A stretch of 64,000 nt of DNA, from the NCBI GenBank assembly GCA_047456315.1, contig CP179889.1:576776-640775 (forward strand). Direction: 5' to 3'. The notes under the pieces were generated by a model, which was not told where the DNA came from, did no database searches, and was given only the letters and a program-made list of their open reading frames with translations. Position numbers and translations under genes: made by a program. This document shows positions 9,796-19,770 of the stretch, piece by piece; within the stretch, counting starts at the first letter, position 1, and each line of letters opens with the position of its first letter. This DNA is from Candidatus Nealsonbacteria bacterium. GTDB lineage: Bacteria > Patescibacteriota > Minisyncoccia > Minisyncoccales > JANBVM01.

Positions 9796-10350
9796 CTACA
9801 AGTCTAAATCATTTGATATTTTTTGCATTGAATTTAATGCAATACCTACAAATTCCTCTAAAGACAAGTTCAAATATTCTTCGCATTTTTTAATGATTTC
9901 CCTATTAGCTCCTTTGGCAAAGGCCTTCTCTTTAAAGCGCTTCAATACACTTTCAGTGCTTATATCATTAATCTTTTTTGAAGGCAAGACCAGGGTGGCA
10001 GCCACAATAAGTCCTGTTAAAGGGTCAACGCAAAACAGAGCTTTGGCTATTAAGCTCTCTGGCTTAATACCATGAGCTTCATTATGAGTTAAAACTGCTT
10101 CATAAATATCCTTGTCAAAACCCAGCTCTTTTAACATATCTGCGCCTTGCTTTGAGTGTAAGTTTTCATCACCAGAAGTTTTCTCATAATCAATATCGTG
10201 AATTAATCCGCAAATCCCCCATTTTTCAACATCTTCATTAAACTTCTGGGCCAAACCTTTCATAGATGCTTCTACTGCTAAGCAGTGTTTAAGTAAGTTT
10301 TTGTTTTTTAGATTTTCTTTTAATAGATCGAGTGCCTGGTCTCTTGTCAT
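9796..10350 (-). CDS. HD-domain metal-dependent phosphohydrolase
   Basis: H...HD motif (GLIHDIDYE). Start placed at MTRDQALDLL; the longer track ORF adds an implausible hydrophobic leader that overlaps the ppaC start. Confidence 0.75.
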   Translation of the reverse strand: MTRDQALDLLKENLKNKNLLKHCLAVEASMKGLAQKFNEDVEKWGICGLIHDIDYEKTSGDENLHSKQGADMLKELGFDKDIYEAVLTHNEAHGIKPESLIAKALFCVDPLTGLIVAATLVLPSKKINDISTESVLKRFKEKAFAKGANREIIKKCEEYLNLSLEEFVGIALNSMQKISNDLDL

Positions 10351-10414
10351 AATTATGTTGAATATTATACTAATTTTATTTAATATAACATATATAATAA
10401 CATAATAAACACAT

Positions 10415-11350
10415 ATGGAAGAAAATGAAACAATATATGTAATTGGACACAAACAGCCAGACACAGACAGTATCTGTAGCCCTATTGCCTATGCCAATTA
10501 TTTAAAGCAAAAAGGTAAAAACGCTGTTGCAGTAAAATCTGGCAAAATAAATCCTGAAACAAAATATGTTTTAGATTATTTTAAAATTCAAGAACCTGAA
10601 ACCTTAACTGATGTATCGGGAAAAAAGATAATTCTTCTTGATCATAATGAAAAAACGCAAACCCCAGATAATATTGATAAAGCTGAAATTATAGAAGTTA
10701 TTGACCATCACAAGATTGCTTTTGAATGTTCAAATCCAATCTATTTTCACAATGAACCAATTGGCTCTACCGCAACAATAATTGCTAAAAAATATTTTAA
10801 TGACCAAAACGTAAAACTAGACAAAAAGATTGCTGGAATACTTTTATCAGCAATACTTTCTGATACTGTTATATTCAAATCCCCGACTTCAACAGATGAA
10901 GATATTGAAATTGCCAAAAAACTGGCTGAGATTGCTGAAATTAAAAATATTGAAGAGTTTGGCCTGGAGATTAAAAAATCTAAAGCAATCCTAAAAGAAA
11001 TGAGTTCAGAAGATATAATTCTTTCTGATTTTAAAACATATGAGTTTGGGAAAATAAAGCTTGGAGGTGGACAAGTTGAAGTTATTAACTTTACTGAAAT
11101 AAATGAAAGAAAACAGGAATTACTCAAAAAAATAGAAGAAATAGCAAAAAAAGAAAACTACGATATTCTCATTTTAACGGCAACTGATATTATAAAACAA
11201 GACTCATTGCTTTTATTCTTTGAAAAAGAAAATTATATTGAAAAAGCTTTTAATAAAAAACCTGAAAACAATACTCTCTATTTAGAAGGAGTAATGTCAA
11301 GAAAAAAACAAATTCTGCCTCCTTTGGCAAAACTCTTTTCAGAAAAGTAA
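10415..11350 (+). CDS. ppaC: Family II (DHH) manganese-dependent inorganic pyrophosphatase
   Basis: GHKQPDTDSICS, LLDHNE and DHHK motifs, with a DHHA2-like C-terminal half. Confidence 0.85.
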   Translation: MEENETIYVIGHKQPDTDSICSPIAYANYLKQKGKNAVAVKSGKINPETKYVLDYFKIQEPETLTDVSGKKIILLDHNEKTQTPDNIDKAEIIEVIDHHKIAFECSNPIYFHNEPIGSTATIIAKKYFNDQNVKLDKKIAGILLSAILSDTVIFKSPTSTDEDIEIAKKLAEIAEIKNIEEFGLEIKKSKAILKEMSSEDIILSDFKTYEFGKIKLGGGQVEVINFTEINERKQELLKKIEEIAKKENYDILILTATDIIKQDSLLLFFEKENYIEKAFNKKPENNTLYLEGVMSRKKQILPPLAKLFSEK

Positions 11351-11361
11351 ACTTTTAATTC

Positions 11362-11643
11362 TTAGCTTGTTAATTCTTCCACTTCTTTTCTTCCCTCTTC
11401 CAGCTCCTCTGCATGCTCTTTGTCAAGCTTAACCAGTAAAGCCTCGAACTCACCAACGTGAGTTTTTTCTTCTTTGGCAATATCTAAAAGAATCTTTCTA
11501 ATATTTTCATTTCCAGTCATGGCAGCCATTTGCTCATAAAAGCTTACTGCATCAAGCTCAGCAATCATTCCAGCCCTTAAGATTTCTTTATCTATATCTT
11601 CTTTTTTTACATTCTGAAGATTGATTGGTAATTGTGATAACAT
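11362..11643 (-). CDS. Small ferritin-like protein of the encapsulated-ferritin (EncFtn)/rubrerythrin type
   Basis: Two E-x-x-H-type half sites: AELDAVSFYEQ and AKEEKTHVGEFEALL, in a 93-aa two-helix protein. Confidence 0.55.
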   Translation of the reverse strand: MLSQLPINLQNVKKEDIDKEILRAGMIAELDAVSFYEQMAAMTGNENIRKILLDIAKEEKTHVGEFEALLVKLDKEHAEELEEGRKEVEELTS

Positions 11644-11701
11644 GTTTGTTTTTATTTAATTAATAAATTAGACCTTTTTTTAATTATTTTGTTCTAAAAT
11701 T

Positions 11702-12454
11702 CTACGATGAGAACGACTTAAGAAGCAACATTAAACCTATGCCAAGCAAAAACACAAAAAAATAACCGCTTGTTTTCTTTAAGTCTGTACAGGCTTTTAT
11801 TTCAGGAATTAAGTCTGAGGAAGCAATATAAATGAAGTTTCCAGCAGCAAAAGCAAGCAGAAAAACAATTGAGCTCTCTATTTTCTCTGAAATGAAATAA
11901 CCAACGATTCCACCGAAAACAACGCTAATAGCTGATAAAAAGTTTAAAAGTAGAGCTTTTGTCTTTTTAATTCCTCCATAAATCAGAATTCCGAAATCCC
12001 CTATTTCTTGAGGAATTTCATGAAAAGCTACTGCCAAAGCAGTAACCACTCCAATAGGAAAGGAGGCAACAAAAGAAGCTGCAATAACTATTCCATCAAT
12101 AAAGTTATGAACAGCGTCTGAAATCAAAATTAAATAAGAAAATGGCATTATCTTAGGATGCTCTCTTACATGATGATGGTGCCACTTAATAAAATTCTCC
12201 AAAACAAAAAAAGCACAAAATCCTAAGATAACGTACAGAAACACATTCAAACTATTTTCTAATCCAACGCTTTCAAGTGCCTCAGGAATTAGATGTAAAA
12301 ATGCTCCTCCCATTAAGGCTCCTGCAGAAAAGGCAACTAAAAAAAGAAGGATTTTATCCAAAAGCTTTTCTTTTAAAAACAAAATCAATGCTCCGACAAA
12401 AGCAATCAGGCTGATTAAAAAAGTAGCAATAATTATATTTAGAAAAACTGTCAT
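11702..12454 (-). CDS. ZIP-family divalent metal transporter (ZupT-like)
   Basis: Eight predicted TM helices, HNFIDG and HEIPQEIGDF signatures, and a His-rich loop (HHHHVREH). Confidence 0.85.
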   Translation of the reverse strand: MTVFLNIIIATFLISLIAFVGALILFLKEKLLDKILLFLVAFSAGALMGGAFLHLIPEALESVGLENSLNVFLYVILGFCAFFVLENFIKWHHHHVREHPKIMPFSYLILISDAVHNFIDGIVIAASFVASFPIGVVTALAVAFHEIPQEIGDFGILIYGGIKKTKALLLNFLSAISVVFGGIVGYFISEKIESSIVFLLAFAAGNFIYIASSDLIPEIKACTDLKKTSGYFFVFLLGIGLMLLLKSFSS

Positions 12455-12455
12455 T

Positions 12456-13622
12456 TTAAATAAGCATTAAGATCTCTGGCTTAAAAAGAATTATTAGCCC
12501 TAGAATCAAAAGCACAATTCCTGAAATCAGTTTTATGGCTTTAAGATATTTTTCTGAAACCTGGGTAATTCTAAGCGTCCAGATAGCTAAAGCAAAGATT
12601 ATTAAATCGTCAATCATATAAAACAGAATATATAGTAAAAGATAAGAGTAATAAGAAGAGATGCTTAAGTTATAAGTGGTGAGCATTTTTGTAAAAGCTA
12701 AAGGAAATCCCAGAGAGCAGACCAGTTCCACTAAATTAATCCCAGCTGCAACTACAACTACGCCCAAAAGCATTAAAGGCAAAGAAGTTTTAGCTTGAGA
12801 TATTTCCTGCATTTTTTCAAATAATCTTTTTTCAAATCTGACAAATATATTATCTTTTTTAGAAGGATCAACCTCGCAAACCCTGCAAATAACATTATGA
12901 GAATAATCTTTTAACAAAAACAATGAAAACATAATTATAATGATGCCCACTATAAAAGTAATGTAATTAATCTGCTCTAAAACCAAAAACAGATTAAGCC
13001 AGGCTGAGATAAAAATAAAATACATTATGCCTGATACTAAAATAAATGTACCGCCAATTAAAAACACTCTTTCCCTTATTCCTGTTGAAACTAAAACAGT
13101 AAGCAGAAACCCTAAAGCTATCATAGCGCAGGCGTTAAAACCATCTAAAGCTCCTAGAGTTATTGCTAAAACAGCAGGAGAAAGATTTAAAAGAGATATT
13201 TCCCCTATAATTGGAAGAGTGATTTTTCGTTCTTGCTCTTGAGGTTTTGTTTCTGGTATTTTTTCCAACAACTCCAGAACATAGCTTTCTATTTCAGCGC
13301 CCATAGCTTCATCAAAGCCTAAAAAATAGCGCTCTCCAATAAAGGTTATAGGGACAAGCCCATATTCAATAACAGGAACATTATATTCTTCATAATTTTG
13401 TTTGAGAAGTTCTGTATTTTGCTTTTGGAAAGCGTCGTAATCCTCAAACTCAACATTAGGATATTTCTCTTCCAAGCTTTCAAGAAATGGTCTTGCCTTG
13501 GCGCAATGCGGACAAATTGGGCTGAAAAAAGACTTAATACTCACCTTGTCCTGGGCCAAAGAAAAATTAGCGCTAGAAAGCACAAAAAATAAAACAAAGA
13601 TTGTGAAAATGAGTTTTCTCAT
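12456..13622 (-). CDS. Thioredoxin-fold domain fused to a CcdA/DsbD-like membrane thiol-disulfide transfer domain
   Basis: Signal/anchor sequence, CPHC redox motif, then a multi-TM domain with LDGFNACA (similar to the CcdA DGxNPC motif). Confidence 0.55.
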   Translation of the reverse strand: MRKLIFTIFVLFFVLSSANFSLAQDKVSIKSFFSPICPHCAKARPFLESLEEKYPNVEFEDYDAFQKQNTELLKQNYEEYNVPVIEYGLVPITFIGERYFLGFDEAMGAEIESYVLELLEKIPETKPQEQERKITLPIIGEISLLNLSPAVLAITLGALDGFNACAMIALGFLLTVLVSTGIRERVFLIGGTFILVSGIMYFIFISAWLNLFLVLEQINYITFIVGIIIIMFSLFLLKDYSHNVICRVCEVDPSKKDNIFVRFEKRLFEKMQEISQAKTSLPLMLLGVVVVAAGINLVELVCSLGFPLAFTKMLTTYNLSISSYYSYLLLYILFYMIDDLIIFALAIWTLRITQVSEKYLKAIKLISGIVLLILGLIILFKPEILMLI

Positions 13623-13760
13623 ACAGGGTTGATAATCTACATTATACGTAACTAGTGTTTTTTATCAAAAGTTGAAATAATAAATTGTATTTTTAATTTT
13701 ACCTAAATCTGTTAAAATTAAAAGACAAAAGGTCGCTATAATATCAATTTAGTTAATAAT

Positions 13761-14324
13761 ATGGTTTTTTCAATTATTTCTCGTTTAGTCAATGGCGTAA
13801 AGGAAAGCGTAAAAGCAGGATTGGAAGGAGTTAGTGATACTGGCAGCGCTGTTGTTGACGTTGTAAAAAATACAACTGTTACTCTTGTTAAAGGAACCGG
13901 AGAAGTAGTTTCTAAGGGCATTGAAGTGACTGGTTCAATAGTAAAAGGTGCAATATTTGGAGTAGCTGATATTGGCGCTTCAGTAATTGGCACGATAAAG
14001 GGAATTGTCATGGGAGCAATCAATGGTGTCATGGAATCTGGTGGAAAACAAGACCAAGCAGTTCAAGGAGCAGTATCTCAGGTAATACACAGTGCCAAAG
14101 AATTAGGCCTTGATGTTGGCAAAACTGCTGTTGAAGCAGTAAGCGGTTCAGTTGAGGCAGTTAAAAAAGTTGGAGGAGATGCATCTCAGGCAACAAGACA
14201 GGCTGTCACTGCTGCTGTAGAAGCTGCTAGAGATATTAGCGATGAAACATTAACTGCTGTCAAAGACGCTCTTACTACCAGTATTGAAGGTGCTAAAGAC
14301 ATTATTGATACACTTAAGAAATAA
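13761..14324 (+). CDS. Hypothetical Ala/Val/Gly-rich repeat protein
   Basis: Degenerate amphipathic repeats (V..G....V.....AV). The antisense frame is also open because of compositional bias. Confidence 0.45.
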   Translation: MVFSIISRLVNGVKESVKAGLEGVSDTGSAVVDVVKNTTVTLVKGTGEVVSKGIEVTGSIVKGAIFGVADIGASVIGTIKGIVMGAINGVMESGGKQDQAVQGAVSQVIHSAKELGLDVGKTAVEAVSGSVEAVKKVGGDASQATRQAVTAAVEAARDISDETLTAVKDALTTSIEGAKDIIDTLKK

Positions 14325-14402
14325 ATTTTAACAAGTTATCTATATAATTTAAGCTTACTGGATTAAAAAATCCGAAATATTGTTTTTTTCGGATTTTTCT
14401 AT

Positions 14403-15284
14403 TTAGAGCAATATTTTTTCAGACCAAGCCAAAATCATTGTTTCAGGACCGCACAAGGATCCTAATATATTATCAATAATAGTGATAGAGAAAATTTTAG
14501 CATTGAAATTTTGCTCAATCATTTCTTTTAATCTATTAGCGCCTTTTAAATCGTCTCCGTGAGAAATTAATACTATTAATTCATCCTTTAGTTTATTTTT
14601 TTTAACATCTCGTTCAAATGCCTTAAAAATACCGGTTGGAATATCTTTTGCGCCTGTTTTAATTCCTGCCGGGACCAATAACCCATTTTTGAAAGTTAAA
14701 ACTGGTCTAATGCCAAATTTTGCAGCATTTCTGATTAACTTAGCCCCAATTCCTGATATCCTGCCGCTTGCTTCTATATATTTTGGGTCTTTAAACATTA
14801 TAAAGGTGTAGATTTGAGGAATTAATTGTTCAAGTTTTTTAACAATTACTTCTAATTGCAATCCTTTTTCTATCAACTCGACTGCCTTTAAAACTAAGAT
14901 TCCCTGGCCAATGCTGGCGTTTAAAGAATCAACAACTACAACTTTTTTTTGTTGTTCAGATGGTAAAAACTTTACTGCCTGGATTGCTGAATTATAACTT
15001 CCTGAAAGCTTTGAAGTTATGGTAATACAGAGAACTTTTTCAAAATTCTCAAACTGCTTCTTATATGCATTTAAAAAGTCCTTTGGAGAAGGTTGTGAAG
15101 TTTTACCAAAACTCTTAATCTCTCTTTTTTCAAGCTCCCTCATTTTTTCAAAAATATTAGTCCCAAACATATTTTCCAAATCAGGCCAGTCCAGTTTTAC
15201 AGAAACCAACCCTATTTTATATTTTTCAATTGTTTCCTGAGGCAAATCAAGCGCCTCCTCAGCAACAATACCTATTTTTTTCAT
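14403..15284 (-). CDS. DegV family fatty-acid-binding protein
   Basis: TSQPSPKDF motif and DegV length and architecture. Confidence 0.85.
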   Translation of the reverse strand: MKKIGIVAEEALDLPQETIEKYKIGLVSVKLDWPDLENMFGTNIFEKMRELEKREIKSFGKTSQPSPKDFLNAYKKQFENFEKVLCITITSKLSGSYNSAIQAVKFLPSEQQKKVVVVDSLNASIGQGILVLKAVELIEKGLQLEVIVKKLEQLIPQIYTFIMFKDPKYIEASGRISGIGAKLIRNAAKFGIRPVLTFKNGLLVPAGIKTGAKDIPTGIFKAFERDVKKNKLKDELIVLISHGDDLKGANRLKEMIEQNFNAKIFSITIIDNILGSLCGPETMILAWSEKILL

Positions 15285-15582
15285 AAGTATGAATTATTAC
15301 TAATAAATAATATAAATAGTAACAATCTTTTATTATATCTTAATTTTAAAAGAAAGAAAAAAATATTAACTTATCTTATAAAACAACTACAATAAAGCTC
15401 GTGATTATTTCTAATAAGGCCGGCTATAAGTCGAAAGAAGTCTTGATTTTAATCATAAACTGAAGGCAGCTTAATCGGTCACGAAGGGTCGCTTTTAAAA
15501 TTCGTTAATTTACGTTATATATGACTTTCAACAAGTTTGAAAAAGGCCAACAATTCTGCGAGTTTTTTGGTTTAAAAGAAAT

Positions 15583-16293
15583 TTATCTTTCCATTGCTTT
15601 TTTCTTTAGTCCTTGAGGATATTTCTCAATAGCATATCTTAGTGCAGTTCTGGGCATTTTGTCTTTATTTTTCATTACATAATCAAATACTTGTTTTGGA
15701 TAAATATTACTTGTTTCTTTTAACATCCAGCCATATCCTTTTTGAACCATATCATCAAAATCCATTAAAAGAATATCTGCTGTTTTAAAGACATGGCTAA
15801 GAAATTTCTTACTTCTCTTTATTGGATAAATTAATATTACCGCTGAAGCACGCCTTAACCATCTATTTTTTGATTTTGTCCATAATCTTACCTCTGATAA
15901 AAACTCAGGGAAACCATAAATAAAATAACCAAAAGCACGACTACAAAAAATATCACATTTAGCCCAATCGGAAACATATTCCTTAAGCCAGGATTCAAAT
16001 ATTTTAAAATCCTTTCTCTCGTACTGCTTATAAAGACGGAAAGCCCAGTTAAAAGCAATCCCCTCTTGCTCACCATAGCCAGTTTGAAGTAACTTCTCGC
16101 AAAGTAAAAAAATCTCTTTCTTTTTTAAATGCTTAACTTTCTGAAAATATTTTTTTGAAATTTCTCTTACGACAGGAGTTCTAACACCATGCACTTTTAT
16201 TTCTTCTTTAAAAAACCTTTTTACACCCTTTTTATAATCAAGGTCAATGTTCTTCTTCAGTTCTTTACGGATATCACTAAGCAGTTTATTCAT
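15583..16293 (-). CDS. DNA alkylation repair enzyme (AlkD-like HEAT-repeat glycosylase family)
   Basis: Family-typical helical repeats, with W..DW..CD and GYGWMLKE segments. Confidence 0.7.
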   Translation of the reverse strand: MNKLLSDIRKELKKNIDLDYKKGVKRFFKEEIKVHGVRTPVVREISKKYFQKVKHLKKKEIFLLCEKLLQTGYGEQEGIAFNWAFRLYKQYERKDFKIFESWLKEYVSDWAKCDIFCSRAFGYFIYGFPEFLSEVRLWTKSKNRWLRRASAVILIYPIKRSKKFLSHVFKTADILLMDFDDMVQKGYGWMLKETSNIYPKQVFDYVMKNKDKMPRTALRYAIEKYPQGLKKKAMER

Positions 16294-16294
16294 T

Positions 16295-16750
16295 TTAATA
16301 TCTTTTTATACTCAAAAGTTCAATCTCAAATATTAATGCAGCTCCTGCTGGTATCACGCTGCCTGCTCCTCCTTCACCATAACCTAGCTCTGAAGGAATT
16401 GTTAATTTTCTTTTTTCACCCACTTTCATTCCAAAAACCCCTAAATCCCAACCTTTTATTACATATCCAGTGCCTATGGTAAAACTAAAAGGTACATTTT
16501 TATCTACGCTTGAATCAAACTTTGTTCCATCCTCCAGCCAACCAGTATAATGAACTGTTGCCACCTCATTGTTTTTAACTTCTTCTCCTGAACCCTCCTT
16601 TAAAACTTGCACTTTCATTTCTTGTATTTCAAAAACATTTGATTCTAAACCTGTATTTACAATGTCCTGTTCTTGGGGTTTATTTCGAGAAGAAAAATAA
16701 AGTATTGAAGCTATAACTATTAAAGCTACAATTATAATGATTTTATTCAT
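16295..16750 (-). CDS. FKBP-type peptidyl-prolyl cis-trans isomerase (membrane anchored/secreted)
   Basis: Contains VHYTGWLEDGTKFDSS...GWDLGVFGMKVGEKRKLTIPSELGYG. Confidence 0.9.
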   Translation of the reverse strand: MNKIIIIVALIVIASILYFSSRNKPQEQDIVNTGLESNVFEIQEMKVQVLKEGSGEEVKNNEVATVHYTGWLEDGTKFDSSVDKNVPFSFTIGTGYVIKGWDLGVFGMKVGEKRKLTIPSELGYGEGGAGSVIPAGAALIFEIELLSIKRY

Positions 16751-16853
16751 GTTTTTTTTAGTTTTAAATTATTTCTAATCAATTATAATATCAAAGAATA
16801 GAAACCAGGTAAAACTTGACTTTTAGATAAAATTATTACATAATATATAAATT

Positions 16854-18029
16854 ATGGAAGCAATAATTACAATCATTGTTATAATTGGATTTCTATTCTC
16901 TGCCTTTGTTAATTTTGGACCAAGTTTTAATACAAAAAAACAAATTGCAAGTACTATTCAGCCAGAAATTATCCAAGAGCAAGTTATAGAAGAAGAGCAA
17001 GAACCTGCAGTAACAATAGTTACGCCTATTGAGCCAGTGGTAGCAAACAGACCTGCGCCAATGATCAGTTTGATTGAAACTTATATTACTGTTAGTCCAG
17101 AACAAAATCAGATTATAAGTGATACAAATAAGGTTGTTTTTGAATTTAAAGAAAGGATTCTATTAGAACAAATTAAAGAAAGGATTTACTTTGAAACAAA
17201 AATTCTTGGTTTTGATAATGATTGGAACAAAACTTACTCAAACAAAAGAACTGTCTTTTTACCAGCTGGTCAATATATTTTTTTAGTTAGAGCAAGGACA
17301 AAAAACATTATTGATTACAGCCCAGCTCAAACAAGCTTTAAAATAAATATTTCTCCTTATTTTGATAAAGTGAATATCTCAAGCGCTAGAGTTGAATATT
17401 CCTCTAGACCGTCTCTGATAACCTTAAACGCTGATATTAAAGACAATGAAACTATTAATATTACCAACTGGTCTATTGAAGGAAAACAGGGAAAGATTGC
17501 TATTCCTCAAGGAGTGGAAAAATACTACCATTATTATAATTCTTACATCAATGAAGATATATTTGTTAAAAAAGGAGATAGAATATATTTATCAGGTGGA
17601 TATAATCCTTTAGGAAAAGATAAAAACTTTCGTCTCAATAAATGTATGGGATATTTAACAAGCTCATTTGATTTCCCTGTTTCCGTTCCTAAAAGTTGTC
17701 CCAAACCAACAAGGCAAGATGTTTCTTATTTAGAGCCATGCTGCCAGCAATTTATCCTTGGGCTTAAAACATGTGAAATTCCTGATTATTCTGAAAATAT
17801 CAATGTCAGAAGCGATAAAGAGTGTATAGAATACATTAACAAGAATCTAAACAATCAGGCCTGTTTTATAAACCACTCACAAGACAAGGATTTTTTAAGC
17901 AATATCTGGTACATTTATCTTGATGGCAAAGATATTGTTGCCAATGACTGCTATGATACGCTTTATTTAAAAGACCAGAACGGCCTTGTTGTTGACACTT
18001 ATTCTTATGGCCAGCCTGTTTGCAGATAA
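16854..18029 (+). CDS. Membrane-anchored Cys-rich protein with lamin-tail-like (LTD) segments
   Basis: N-terminal TM helix. The NITNWSIEG and C-terminal DTLYLKDQNGLVVDTYSYG patterns are typical of LTD domains. Confidence 0.5.
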   Translation: MEAIITIIVIIGFLFSAFVNFGPSFNTKKQIASTIQPEIIQEQVIEEEQEPAVTIVTPIEPVVANRPAPMISLIETYITVSPEQNQIISDTNKVVFEFKERILLEQIKERIYFETKILGFDNDWNKTYSNKRTVFLPAGQYIFLVRARTKNIIDYSPAQTSFKINISPYFDKVNISSARVEYSSRPSLITLNADIKDNETINITNWSIEGKQGKIAIPQGVEKYYHYYNSYINEDIFVKKGDRIYLSGGYNPLGKDKNFRLNKCMGYLTSSFDFPVSVPKSCPKPTRQDVSYLEPCCQQFILGLKTCEIPDYSENINVRSDKECIEYINKNLNNQACFINHSQDKDFLSNIWYIYLDGKDIVANDCYDTLYLKDQNGLVVDTYSYGQPVCR

Positions 18030-18034
18030 GGCTT

Positions 18035-18064
18035 AAAAAACCGCCGAAAATACGGCGGTTTTTC
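18035..18064. terminator. Bidirectional intrinsic terminator
   Basis: AAAAAA-CCGCCG-AAAATA-CGGCGG-TTTTT lies between convergent genes. Confidence 0.7.
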
Positions 18065-18089
18065 TTGCCCACTATTTTATAAAAATATG

Positions 18090-18365
18090 CTATTTTATTA
18101 TCTTTATTGCTTTTCCTTTTATTAAAGCTTCTGCTATTTTCTTACGAGCTGAAGTTAAAATCCGACCCAGAGTGCTTTGAGAAATTCCCATTTTTTTAGC
18201 TGCCTTTTCCTGACTCAAAGTTTTTAAGTCACACAATCGAAGGGCTTCTAACTCATCTACGCCCAAATCTACTTCTTCTAAAATAGCAAGAGGCACTGCT
18301 CGAGGCTTAAAATAAGTAATATTGGGATCAAACATGATCCTTCTTGGTTTTATTGGTCTTGCCAT
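18090..18365 (-). CDS. DUF134 (UPF0251) HTH DNA-binding protein
   Basis: MARPIKPRRI...YFKP...DELEALRLCDL..LSQEKAAKKMGISQSTLGRIL pattern. Confidence 0.8.
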   Translation of the reverse strand: MARPIKPRRIMFDPNITYFKPRAVPLAILEEVDLGVDELEALRLCDLKTLSQEKAAKKMGISQSTLGRILTSARKKIAEALIKGKAIKIIK

Positions 18366-19228
18366 AATTGATTGAAATTTCTAAAAATCTCTTTAATTTC
18401 TTTTTTAGCCCTCAGATTAGTTTCTAAAATTGGTTTTAGGTTGCTGATGGTTCTGAATATTTCTTTATCATAAGATATTTTCCCCAAGAATTTTCTATCA
18501 GCCCATTTCTCTATCTTTTGACTTAAATCTATATAAATATCCCATTTATTAATAACTAAACCGTAAGGAATATTAAAATGATTAACTACTTTCAAAACTC
18601 TTTTTAAATCAGTAAATCCAGAGGGCGTTGGCTCAGTAATTAAAATAGCAAAATTTGAATCTTGTAACGAAGCAATCACCGGACAACCAGTTCCTGGAGA
18701 AGAATCTATTAACATTATTTCATAATTGAATTTTTCTGCTTCTTTTTTGATCTCAGTAACAATTTTACCAGAACCTGTTTCACCCGGGTAAAGCTGACCA
18801 GAAATCAAGGGAAAACCATATTTTGTTTTTTTGATATGAATTTTACCATTTTGAACTGGTTTTATTTTAATAGCTTTTTTAGGGCATACAATCTCGCAAG
18901 CTCCGCAACCTTCACATAAAAATAAGTTTAATTTGGGCTTTCCCTTTATCATTTTTATTGCCTCAAAGACACAATTTTTGGCACACAAACCGCAACCGTC
19001 GCATTTCTTAAAATCAATTTCTGCCTTGGCTGAAGTAACAACAGAAAAAACCTTATCCCATTTTTTAATTCCTCCTAACCAAATATCTAAATTAGGAGCA
19101 TCAACATCGCAATCTACTGCCACTACTTCTTTATTCTCTGCAAAGAGCATTGCCAAAGCTGAAGTTAACATGCTCTTTCCCACTCCCCCTTTTCCACTAC
19201 AAACTACGATTTTTTTTACCTTCCTCAT
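18350..19228 (-). CDS. MinD/ParA-superfamily P-loop ATPase with inserted 2x[4Fe-4S] ferredoxin domain
   Basis: GKGGVGKS Walker A; CDGCGLCAKNC and CEGCGACEIVCP cluster motifs. Confidence 0.8.
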   Translation of the reverse strand: MRKVKKIVVCSGKGGVGKSMLTSALAMLFAENKEVVAVDCDVDAPNLDIWLGGIKKWDKVFSVVTSAKAEIDFKKCDGCGLCAKNCVFEAIKMIKGKPKLNLFLCEGCGACEIVCPKKAIKIKPVQNGKIHIKKTKYGFPLISGQLYPGETGSGKIVTEIKKEAEKFNYEIMLIDSSPGTGCPVIASLQDSNFAILITEPTPSGFTDLKRVLKVVNHFNIPYGLVINKWDIYIDLSQKIEKWADRKFLGKISYDKEIFRTISNLKPILETNLRAKKEIKEIFRNFNQLWQDQ

Positions 19229-19250
19229 TTTTTATTTAAACCTAATCTAT

Positions 19251-19766
19251 TTATTCAGGAAGAACACCAAAAGTATTATTAAAACGATTAATATAATTAA
19301 AAAGACCGATTACTGAAATAATCTCTACTATCTGAGATTCTGTTAGTTTTTCTTTTAATTTTTCAAAGATTTCAGGTTGATCAAGATGAGCATCTGCTGT
19401 TATATCTTTTACTAATTCTAAAATCTTTTTCTCTTCTTCTGGTAATTCTTTTCTTTGTTTAATTTTTTTTATCATTTCTTCTGTTGCCCCAAATTTTTTT
19501 AACATTTTTGTAGTCACATCAACACAAAAAACACATCTTAACATGTCGGAAACTGTATAAGCTATTTTCCATTTCAAGTAGGGTTCTATTTTACCCTCTC
19601 CCATAATAACTTTAAAAAGTTCAGTGAACTCTTTTAAAATCTTAGGACTATGAGCCATTACCTTGACCCACTCTGGAGTTTTACCAGTTTCTTTTTCAAA
19701 CTTTTCATAAACTTCTTTGGCAATCTCCTTGACTTGATCTTTCTCTAAAGAGGGAATAAGAGCCAT
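19251..19766 (-). CDS. Carboxymuconolactone decarboxylase / AhpD-like family protein
   Basis: All-helical, ~170 aa, with a CxxC (RCVFCVD) as in the AhpD-like core. Confidence 0.65.
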   Translation of the reverse strand: MALIPSLEKDQVKEIAKEVYEKFEKETGKTPEWVKVMAHSPKILKEFTELFKVIMGEGKIEPYLKWKIAYTVSDMLRCVFCVDVTTKMLKKFGATEEMIKKIKQRKELPEEEKKILELVKDITADAHLDQPEIFEKLKEKLTESQIVEIISVIGLFNYINRFNNTFGVLPE

Positions 19767-19770
19767 AAAT

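Noticed and set aside
15380-15540. Possible additional degenerate repeat copies in the DegV/AlkD-like spacer (GGTCACGAAGGGTCGCTTTTAAAATT and AAGTCGAAAGAAGTCTTGATTTT), or a small RNA there.
   Set aside because: Alignment to the repeat core needs several indels, and I could not find convincing secondary structure. Too weak to call without a model-based search.
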